Assembly: GCA_041577295.1 (NCBI GenBank)
Contig: JBFGJG010000020.1
Coordinates: 1-64,000 of the forward strand
Length of the DNA: 64,000 nt
Direction: 5' to 3'
From: Gemmatimonadales bacterium
Lineage (GTDB): Bacteria; Gemmatimonadota; Gemmatimonadetes; Gemmatimonadales; GWC2-71-9
In this document: one piece after another, positions 56,349 to 64,000 of the stretch
Layout of the letters: each line of letters starts with the position of its first letter
How positions within the stretch are numbered: position 1 is the stretch's first letter
Program-made: the position numbers and the translations under genes
Notes under the pieces: model-generated
The model's input: the letters and a program-made list of their open reading frames with translations, nothing else
Told to the model about the DNA's origin: nothing
Databases searched by the model: none

Positions 56349-58463
56349 ATGATCGATCGGCTGTGCCCACCAAAGGTGCTCTTCATCGACGACGACCCCG
56401 CTGCCCGTGACGCGTTTGCCCGGGGCATGAAGGCGGCGGGTTTTGATGTCGACGTGGCCGACAGCGGGCCGCAGGCACTTGGGCTCGCCACCCAACGCCG
56501 CTACTCCGTTGTGGCCACCGATCTCAGGATGCCGGGCATGGACGGGCTGTCGTTGATCCGTCGCATGCAGTCGCTCCAGCCCGCTGCCGCCTTCGTCATC
56601 GTCACCGGACTCCCTGATGTCGATCTCAAGCGGGATGACGTGTCCGACCGATCGATTGTGTCGATCGTCGCCAAACCGTGGGAGCAAGAGGACCTCGCGG
56701 CGACGTTGCGCACGGCGGTTGCGCTGCACCGGCGGTGGGAATCGTCGGCGGCCGGGGCGGTATCGCAAGCCGACGACTCCTTATCGATTCTCCTCATCGA
56801 GGACAATCCCGGAGATGCCGAACTGGTCGTCACGTATCTGCGCCGCACGTCGCTGATCGTGGCCGGGGTCGATCGCGTCGAACGTCTGGGAGACGGTCTC
56901 GAGCGGCTCCGCGCGACCAGCTATGACGTTGTCATTGCCGATCTCACGCTGCCGGACGCGAGAGGGCTGGACGCCGTAACACGGCTGCAAGGTGCAGCGC
57001 CGGATTCCGCTATCATCGTGCTGAGTGGCTTGGAAGATGATGAGCTTTCGGTGCAGGCGGTGCAGCTCGGCGCGCAGGACTATCTGACCAAGGAGCGGGT
57101 CGACGAACACACTCTCGAGCGGTCGTTGCGCTACGCGACCGAGCGCAAGCGTGCCGAGCGTCGGCTCGCGCATCTGGCCCATCACGACGAGCTCACGGGT
57201 CTCACCAATCGATCGACCTTTCGCGAACGGGTCGATCATGCGCTCGCCCGGTGCCGGCGTCAGCAAGTGGGACTGGGCGTGATGTTTCTCGACCTCGATC
57301 GATTCAAGATGATTAACGACACCATGGGTCACGACGCTGGAGACATTCTCCTCGCTGAGGTGGCCACGCGTCTCAAGGTCGCAGTCCGCGAGTCGGACAC
57401 CGTTGCGCGGCTCGGTGGTGACGAGTTCGCGATCCTCTTGGAGGACTTGGAGGGGCCTCACGTTCCCTCAGAGATCGCCGAGCGTGTGATTCGCGCCTTC
57501 GAGGAACCCATCGACCTAGGAGCCGCCGAGGTGGCGGTGACCACGAGCATCGGTATCGCGCAGTATCCCAACACCGCGGAGACGGTCGAGGGTCTGCTCA
57601 AGGCGGCGGACGCTGCCATGTACCGGGCCAAGGCCGCAGGACGAAACAGCTACCGTATTGCGCAAGGTTACGATGATCACGGTGCACGCGCCCGGCTCCG
57701 TCTCGAGGGTGATATGTTGCGCGCCGTCGAGCGTGACGAGTTTCTGCTCTACTATCAGCCACAGGTCAATCTCAGAACGGCACGCATCGTGGCCGTTGAA
57801 GCATTGCTGCGATGGCGTCGTCCCGATGGAACGATCATCTCGCCTCGGCGGATCGTGCCGCTGTTGGAGGACATGGGATTGATTGGTCGCGTCGGCGAGT
57901 GGGTGCTCAGCACCGCATGCGAGCGTCTCAGCTCATGGCAGAGGGAGGGGCGCACCGACCTGCGCATTGCCGTGAATCTCTCGGCACAGCAGTTCGACCG
58001 CTACGACTTGGTCGGTACGGTCGACCACGTACTAGCTGAGTGGTCCCTCGAACCCGCGATGCTCGAGCTCGAGATCACCGAAAGCACGCTCATGCGTGAC
58101 ACGCGCCGGACCAACGCCGCCCTCGACGGCCTGAAAGAGATGGGTGTGCGGATTGCTATCGACGACTTCGGTACCGGCTACTCGTCTCTTGCCTACCTCG
58201 AGCGCTTTGCGATCGATACGCTCAAGATCGATCAGTCGTTCATTCGAGGCTCCGGGAATGGTGAGAAACGAGCGTCTGTGGCAGGGGCCATTGTCGGCCT
58301 GGGACAACGGCTCGGCCTCGACGTGATCGCCGAAGGTGTCGAGACGGGCGATCAACTTCGCTCCATCCAAGGTGAGGGCTGCGAGGTGGTTCAGGGCTAC
58401 CTGGTCGGACGACCCGAGCCCGAGTGGGGGGCGGATTGGGGCGTACCGCCGCCCCTCTCGTAA
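56349..58463 (+). CDS. REC-REC-GGDEF-EAL protein, paralog of 8601-10745
   Basis: Two canonical receiver domains; RESD with GGDEF; EALLRW; DDFGTGYSS. Confidence 0.95.
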   Translation: MIDRLCPPKVLFIDDDPAARDAFARGMKAAGFDVDVADSGPQALGLATQRRYSVVATDLRMPGMDGLSLIRRMQSLQPAAAFVIVTGLPDVDLKRDDVSDRSIVSIVAKPWEQEDLAATLRTAVALHRRWESSAAGAVSQADDSLSILLIEDNPGDAELVVTYLRRTSLIVAGVDRVERLGDGLERLRATSYDVVIADLTLPDARGLDAVTRLQGAAPDSAIIVLSGLEDDELSVQAVQLGAQDYLTKERVDEHTLERSLRYATERKRAERRLAHLAHHDELTGLTNRSTFRERVDHALARCRRQQVGLGVMFLDLDRFKMINDTMGHDAGDILLAEVATRLKVAVRESDTVARLGGDEFAILLEDLEGPHVPSEIAERVIRAFEEPIDLGAAEVAVTTSIGIAQYPNTAETVEGLLKAADAAMYRAKAAGRNSYRIAQGYDDHGARARLRLEGDMLRAVERDEFLLYYQPQVNLRTARIVAVEALLRWRRPDGTIISPRRIVPLLEDMGLIGRVGEWVLSTACERLSSWQREGRTDLRIAVNLSAQQFDRYDLVGTVDHVLAEWSLEPAMLELEITESTLMRDTRRTNAALDGLKEMGVRIAIDDFGTGYSSLAYLERFAIDTLKIDQSFIRGSGNGEKRASVAGAIVGLGQRLGLDVIAEGVETGDQLRSIQGEGCEVVQGYLVGRPEPEWGADWGVPPPLS

Positions 58464-58471
58464 CCGCCACC

Positions 58472-60952
58472 ATGCGTCATCCACGAACGTCACCGGCTGC
58501 GCCAGTGGCCTGCCCACCAAGTGCCAGTCCAGCACGTCAGCGAATCGGTCGCCTTTCGCGAATCCTCGGCCTTGCTGTCGGTTACTACGTCGCGGGGAAA
58601 CTCGGGTTGTTGTTTGCGATCGACCCTGGCTACGCGTCCCCCGTGTGGCCGGCCGCGGGCCTGGCCCTCGCCGGTGTGTTGCACTTTGGGTACCGCGCGT
58701 GGCCGGGCGTGTTTATCGGAGCTGTTCTCATCAATGCTGACCACGCCCTGGACGTTGCCACTGCGACCGCTGCGGCAAAGTCGCTCGCTTTGTCGGGAGC
58801 GGTGGCGTTCGGGGCCACGTTGCAGGCCCTGGTTGGCGCTGTGCTCATCCGCGGCTCAGTCGGATACCCCAACCGGCTGGACGAAGGCAACGAGGTAGCG
58901 CGCTTCATCATCCTCGCGGGGCCGGTGGCATGCCTCGTGGCTGCAACGCTGGGGAGTGCAACGCTGCTGGTGTCCGGCATTCTCTCGCCCTCGGACATTC
59001 CGTTCACGTGGTGGACGTGGTGGGTAGGCGATACGATCGGGGTGCTCACGATCGCCCCAGTGGTATGTGCGTGGGTGGGACGTCGCAGCGAGCGGCTGCG
59101 GCGCCGTTTGACGGTGGCGCTTCCGTTTGCAGCGACGTTTGTGCTCGCCGTGGTGGTGTTCGCTCGTGTCAGCGGTGCCGAGCACGAGCTGATCGCGGAG
59201 CGGTTTCACGAGCGAGCAGCCGCGTTGGCGGATGCCCTCGAGGACCGCACGGACCGCTACGTCGATCTATTGCACTCGGTCGCCAGCTTCTATCACAGCT
59301 CGATCGACGTGGAGCGAGCGGAGTTCCGAGCCTTCGTGGAGCGAGCTCTCCCGATGCACGACGGGGTTCAGGCGCTCGAGTGGCTGCCGCGGGTCCGGGC
59401 TGCGGAACGGGAGCGATTCGAGACCGCAGCCCGTCGAGATGGCTTTCCGCAGTATGAGATCCAGGAGCGTGATGCGTCCGGTGAGCTTCGAGGTGTGTCT
59501 GCCCGTGCCGAGTATTACCCGGTTTACTATGTCGAGCCACTCGTTGGGAACGCGAACGCGCTAGGCTTCGATGTGGCTTCCAACCCGAATCGTCGGCGTG
59601 CCCTCATGCAAGCGCGCGACACGGGAAGACCCGCGGCCACGCAACCAATTCGCTTGGTGCAGGAAGCCCATGGGGGCTTGAGCTTCTTAGTGTTCGTGCC
59701 GGTCTATCGCGGTGGCGTGACGCCCCCATCCCTCATGACTCGACGCGAGCTGCTGCAGGGATTTGTGGTCGGGGTGTTTCGGATCGACGACGTCGTCACC
59801 ACCTCCCTGGCGCGCGTGGACACTGGAGGGGTGTATATGTTCATCGTGGACGAGCAATCACCCCTGCAGGAGCAGCTGTTATACAGCAACGCCCGGCATG
59901 TTGAAGAGCTGCACGCCGTGTCGAGCGATCACATGCACACCTTCCGATCGGCGTCGTCGTTCCTCGTGGCGGATCGTCTCTGGCGCATGGAGTTCGTCGC
60001 CACGCCGGCCTTCGTCGCAGAGCATCACACCGCCCAAGCGTGGATCGTGTTGGTCGGGGGCCTCCTCTACTCGAGCTTGCTCGGGATGTTTCTGCTGTTC
60101 GTGACCGGCCGTGCCAGCAAGGTCGAGCAGCTGGCAACCCAGCTCACCGTGGCGAATGCGTCCCTACAGCGGACTAGTCACGAGCTCGAGCAAAAGGTGG
60201 CCGAGCTCGCGCGTTCCAACGCGGATCTCGAGAGCTTTGCGTACCTGGCCTCCCACGATCTCCAGGAGCCGCTTCGCATGGTGGGAAGTTACGCGCAACT
60301 GTTGCGCGACGAGTGCCGCGGCCGCCATGGGGAGACCGCAGATCTGTACATCGATTACGTGGTGGACGCCGCGCACCGCATGCGTACGCTCATTGCCGAT
60401 CTCCTCGCCTATGCACGGCTCGAGACACGCAGTCGCGGTCTTCGTCCCACCGATTGCAACGCCATCCTCGAGCGTGTTGTTCAAACGCTCGGAGTGGCGA
60501 TACGGGATGCTGGTGCGACGGTGACGTGGCATGACCTGCCAACCGTAATGGGCGATCCCACGCAACTGGAGCAACTGTTTCAGAACTTGGTGTCGAACGC
60601 GATCAAATTCCGGGGCGACCGAGCCCCCGCGATCACCATCGAGGCATGGCATGAAGCGGCGGGCTGGCATATCACGGTGGCGGACAACGGAATCGGACTC
60701 GACATGGACTTCGCCGATCGTGCATTTGAAATCTTCCAACGACTTCACACCCGTCGCGAGTATGAGGGCACCGGCGTCGGCTTGGCGATCTGCCAAAAGA
60801 TCGTGCACCGTCACGGCGGGCATATTTGGATCGAATCCGTGCTGGATCGCGGCACCACGGTGCATTTCATCATTCCCGGACAACCGGAGTCCCGTCCTTC
60901 CGAGGCAACTACGGCCACTCACGAGCGGGCGGCCACGCTGACCCCCGTCTGA
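58472..60952 (+). CDS. MASE1-CHASE sensor histidine kinase, Cph1-type transmitter
   Basis: MASE1 (SPVWPAAGLALA, WWVGD..G); CHASE (ALEWLPRV, YYPVYYVEP..N..ALGFD); [20 protein letters not shown]. Confidence 0.94.
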   Translation: MRHPRTSPAAPVACPPSASPARQRIGRLSRILGLAVGYYVAGKLGLLFAIDPGYASPVWPAAGLALAGVLHFGYRAWPGVFIGAVLINADHALDVATATAAAKSLALSGAVAFGATLQALVGAVLIRGSVGYPNRLDEGNEVARFIILAGPVACLVAATLGSATLLVSGILSPSDIPFTWWTWWVGDTIGVLTIAPVVCAWVGRRSERLRRRLTVALPFAATFVLAVVVFARVSGAEHELIAERFHERAAALADALEDRTDRYVDLLHSVASFYHSSIDVERAEFRAFVERALPMHDGVQALEWLPRVRAAERERFETAARRDGFPQYEIQERDASGELRGVSARAEYYPVYYVEPLVGNANALGFDVASNPNRRRALMQARDTGRPAATQPIRLVQEAHGGLSFLVFVPVYRGGVTPPSLMTRRELLQGFVVGVFRIDDVVTTSLARVDTGGVYMFIVDEQSPLQEQLLYSNARHVEELHAVSSDHMHTFRSASSFLVADRLWRMEFVATPAFVAEHHTAQAWIVLVGGLLYSSLLGMFLLFVTGRASKVEQLATQLTVANASLQRTSHELEQKVAELARSNADLESFAYLASHDLQEPLRMVGSYAQLLRDECRGRHGETADLYIDYVVDAAHRMRTLIADLLAYARLETRSRGLRPTDCNAILERVVQTLGVAIRDAGATVTWHDLPTVMGDPTQLEQLFQNLVSNAIKFRGDRAPAITIEAWHEAAGWHITVADNGIGLDMDFADRAFEIFQRLHTRREYEGTGVGLAICQKIVHRHGGHIWIESVLDRGTTVHFIIPGQPESRPSEATTATHERAATLTPV

Positions 60953-61005
60953 GCTCGGCCGCTCTTGTGACGGTGGCTTTCCCGCCGGGCGGTGTATGTT
61001 GGGTC

Positions 61006-63231
61006 ATGCCCGTTCTCAGGATCCTCACCCTCGCCACGGTGACTGCGTCAACCCCTCTGTGGCCGCAGGAAAGCGGCAGCCTGATCCCCGAACGCGAGCC
61101 CACAACGCCGGTCGCGCAGGGGGTTCGTGTCGAACGGCCCCCTAGGCTGGATGGCCGGTTGGATGAAGCTGTCTGGGAATTGGCGACCCCGATCGCTCGG
61201 TTCGTCCAGCGCGAGCCGTTTGAGGGGCGGTCCGTGTCGGAGGTCACGGAAGTTCGGATCTTGCACGATGATCAAGCGCTCTACATCGGTGCCTGGTTAT
61301 TCGATCGCGATCCATCGGCCATCGTTCTCGGCGAGGCGCGACGCGACGTCGACCTCCAGGACATGGACGCGTTTCTGGTCGTCCTGGATACGTATCTGGA
61401 CCACCAGAACGGATTCGTCTTTGGGACCACGCCTGCCGGAATCGAGTTTGACGGCCAGGTAACCAAGGAGGGAGAAGGAGGCTTCACCGGTACACGGCAG
61501 CAGGCCGGCTCGGGAGGTGGGTTGAACCTGAATTGGGACGGCAGCTGGGATGTGGCGGCGTCGGTGGACGATCGAGGCTGGTATGCCGAATTCCGTATCC
61601 CATTCACAACCCTGCGCTACCCCAACGGCGGTCTGCAGCGCTGGGGCATGAACCTCGCCCGGTTCATCCGACGTCGGAACGAGCAGGCATACTGGGCGCC
61701 CGTCCCTCGGCAGTACGACCTGTACCGCATTTCACTGGCGGGGACCGTTGAAGGCATCGAAGCGCCGTCCCGGCGGACCGTCTCCATCACGCCCTACGCC
61801 CTGAGCACCGCGCATCGAGACTTTCTGAACGAGACGGAAACCGATCTGTCGGCGGAGATAGGAGGAGACGCCAAGATTGGCCTCACCCCCAGCATGACCC
61901 TCGATCTGACCTATAACACGGATTTTGCCCAGGTCGAGGTGGATGAGCAGCAGATCAACCTCACGAGGTTCCGGCTCTTCTTTCCTGAAAAGCGCCCGTT
62001 CTTTCTCGAGAATGCCGGTACGTTTTCCGTGGGCACTCCGCAGGCGGTGGAGCTGTTCTTCAGCCGACGGATCGGCATCGATACCGAGGGAGACGTGGCG
62101 CAGGAAGTGCCGATCGTTGGAGGGGGACGGCTCAGCGGTCGGGCAGGCGGGTTCACGTTGGGATTGCTGAACATTCAGACGGGGTCCGTCGGCGACTCGA
62201 TTGCCGAAACGAACTACGGTGCTGCCCGAGTCGTGCGCGAGCTTCCCAATCGCTCGCGGGTCGGCGCCCTGTTTGCGAGCCGCCTCAACACCGATAGCAC
62301 GGCGGACTATAACCTCACCGTTGCCGTGGACGGCCGTCTCGGTTTGGGGGACGCGGTGACATTCGACGGTTACGTGGCGCAGACCGCCACGCCCGGTGTG
62401 ACGGGCAGTGAGTATGCCTACGGGATCAGCGGCAGTTATACCACCAGAACCTGGTTTGTCGGTGGCACGTTCCGCGAAGTCGCCGATGGTTTCAACCCCG
62501 AGGCCGGCTTTCTCGACCGCTCAGCGTACCGCTTTGCGAGCGCTCGTATTTTGCGGCATATCCGGACTCCTGGCATCACGTGGTTTCGTGAGCTTCGGCC
62601 CCACATTTCCTACCGCGAGTTCTTCGAATTGGACGGATTCACGGAAACGCGGATCGTCCACGTCGATAGCCACTTCGAGTTCGCCAACGGAGCGTTCTTT
62701 CAGTTACCTGCGGTCAATTTCACGCGTGAGGGCCTGAAGGAGCCGTTCGAAATCGCGGACGGCGTGGTTGTGGAGCCGGGGACATACGACAATATCGAAT
62801 GGGGATTTGCCTTCAATACGAACCTGAGCGCTCCGATCGCCTACCGTGGTCGCATCGAGATCGGCGGGATCTACTCGGGTCATAGGAAGGGGCTGTCCGG
62901 GACCTTCAGCACGCGAGTGGGCTCTCGCTTCATCGCGGATCTTCGGCACAGTTTCGACGATGTCGATCTCCCTGAAGGGAGCTTCGAGACGGTGCTGCTC
63001 GGGTTGCGCTTGTCATATGCCTTTACCGCGCGGATATACCTGCAGTCGTTGGTGCAGTACAACAACCAGACGGATGAGTTCTCCGGCAACGTCCGGTTTG
63101 GATGGCTGAGCACGGCGGGAACCGGCCTGTTCGTCGTGTTCAACGAGGTGGATCGGACGGAGCGTCCAAGGGGCCCCGCCGATCGTGCCGTCGTCGTCAA
63201 GCTCACGCGGCAGTTCAATCTGTTACGCTGA
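61006..63231 (+). CDS. CBM9-like plus DUF5916 outer-membrane protein
   Basis: LDGRLDEAVW, NTDFAQVEVD..INL.RF.LFFPEKRPFFLE, FFSRRIG. Confidence 0.9.
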   Translation: MPVLRILTLATVTASTPLWPQESGSLIPEREPTTPVAQGVRVERPPRLDGRLDEAVWELATPIARFVQREPFEGRSVSEVTEVRILHDDQALYIGAWLFDRDPSAIVLGEARRDVDLQDMDAFLVVLDTYLDHQNGFVFGTTPAGIEFDGQVTKEGEGGFTGTRQQAGSGGGLNLNWDGSWDVAASVDDRGWYAEFRIPFTTLRYPNGGLQRWGMNLARFIRRRNEQAYWAPVPRQYDLYRISLAGTVEGIEAPSRRTVSITPYALSTAHRDFLNETETDLSAEIGGDAKIGLTPSMTLDLTYNTDFAQVEVDEQQINLTRFRLFFPEKRPFFLENAGTFSVGTPQAVELFFSRRIGIDTEGDVAQEVPIVGGGRLSGRAGGFTLGLLNIQTGSVGDSIAETNYGAARVVRELPNRSRVGALFASRLNTDSTADYNLTVAVDGRLGLGDAVTFDGYVAQTATPGVTGSEYAYGISGSYTTRTWFVGGTFREVADGFNPEAGFLDRSAYRFASARILRHIRTPGITWFRELRPHISYREFFELDGFTETRIVHVDSHFEFANGAFFQLPAVNFTREGLKEPFEIADGVVVEPGTYDNIEWGFAFNTNLSAPIAYRGRIEIGGIYSGHRKGLSGTFSTRVGSRFIADLRHSFDDVDLPEGSFETVLLGLRLSYAFTARIYLQSLVQYNNQTDEFSGNVRFGWLSTAGTGLFVVFNEVDRTERPRGPADRAVVVKLTRQFNLLR

Positions 63232-63301
63232 CGGTCATCTCGAGACACACCTCGAGCCGGTGTGTAACTTTCCAAGTCCCCATCGGGCAGCGAGTGGAAT
63301 A

Positions 63302-63901
63302 ATGAGCGATAAGACCGCCACGCGGCGCGAGTTCCTCGGCTCGTCCGGCGCCCTCATGGGAAGTGCATGGGTCGCGTTTCACCTTCCCGCGATACGGGCC
63401 GCCGCAGCGCATGCGCGGAACGCACTGGCTCGGGGCGTGACGAGCTTCGAGGTGCTGACGGCTGAAGAGGCCGCTGAGCTAGATGCGATCGCGATGCAAA
63501 TACTCCCCACCGACGACACACCGGGCGCCCATGAGGCTGGGGTGGTGCATTTCATGGACCGTGCGCTCGGCACCTTTGCATCCCAGCTCCTCTCGGGCAT
63601 CCGTGAAGGTCTCGAAGACCTGCACGGTCGTATCGCAACCCACTCTGCTGTAGCTCGGCGATTCCATGACCTCGATGACGACGAGCAGAAGACGTTGTTG
63701 CGAGAGATCGAGAAGACACCGTTCTTTGGTGGCGTGCGGTTCCTCACCGTGGCCGGGATGTTCGCCGACCCATCCTACGGAGGCAATCGCGATCGTGTCG
63801 GGTGGACGTTGATAGGCTTCGATGGCCACTTTGCGCACCAACCGCCGTTCGGATATTACGATCGCGCGTATGCGGCGGGGCGCGAGGGGGGACCACCGTG
63901 A
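63302..63901 (+). CDS. Gluconate 2-dehydrogenase subunit 3 family protein (Tat substrate)
   Basis: TRREFL; ILP.DDTPGA.EAGV..FMD; FADP.YGGNRD..GW..IGF. Confidence 0.92.
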   Translation: MSDKTATRREFLGSSGALMGSAWVAFHLPAIRAAAAHARNALARGVTSFEVLTAEEAAELDAIAMQILPTDDTPGAHEAGVVHFMDRALGTFASQLLSGIREGLEDLHGRIATHSAVARRFHDLDDDEQKTLLREIEKTPFFGGVRFLTVAGMFADPSYGGNRDRVGWTLIGFDGHFAHQPPFGYYDRAYAAGREGGPP

Positions 63902-64000
63902 CCCGGGGTGCGCGATTCTCGCCTCGTCAAGAGGTCGATTTTGTCGTGATCGGGTCCGGTGCAGCCGGGGGGGTCATCGCCAAGGAGCTGGCGACGCGAG
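63898..64000 (+). CDS. GMC family oxidoreductase, 5' part only
   Basis: GTGA overlap; MTRGARFSPRQEVDFVVIGSGAAGGVIAKELA contains the FAD-binding GxGxxG motif. Confidence 0.85.
   Translation, partial: MTRGARFSPRQEVDFVVIGSGAAGGVIAKELATR

Overview
GC-rich bacterial chromosomal segment with about 55 genes. The protein repertoire (DUF5916/DUF5686 outer-membrane proteins, choice-of-anchor B protein, TIGR02999-type ECF sigma factor, small lineage-typical hypotheticals) suggests Gemmatimonadota; this is an inference. I found no rRNA, tRNA, CRISPR array or transposase. The most striking element is a compact minus-strand mercury operon at 39351-41664: a MerR operator/promoter, then merR, a GDCCVxC Cys-rich protein, merB, merT and an exported thioredoxin-like protein. 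The ORF track splits that last gene in two, but it reads through an in-frame TGA as a UxxC (Sec-Gly-Gly-Cys) motif with a hairpin directly after the TGA. It is therefore a candidate selenoprotein in the position normally held by merP, in an operon that lacks merA. A CGC-motif metallophosphoesterase lies divergent to it. The window also has three GGDEF-EAL proteins, two of them paralogous REC-REC-GGDEF-EAL proteins beside Cph1-type histidine kinases. Other content: recurrent intergenic CRP-like boxes, a sigma-54 promoter, an orphan kinase-type ECF sigma factor, a serpin, an ANKH/MATE-like transporter, a Liv-type ABC transporter with a CoA ligase, iorAB, thrC, leuB, several decayed gene relics and short palindromic repeat elements. 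Family assignments come from motif recognition by eye, not from database searches.
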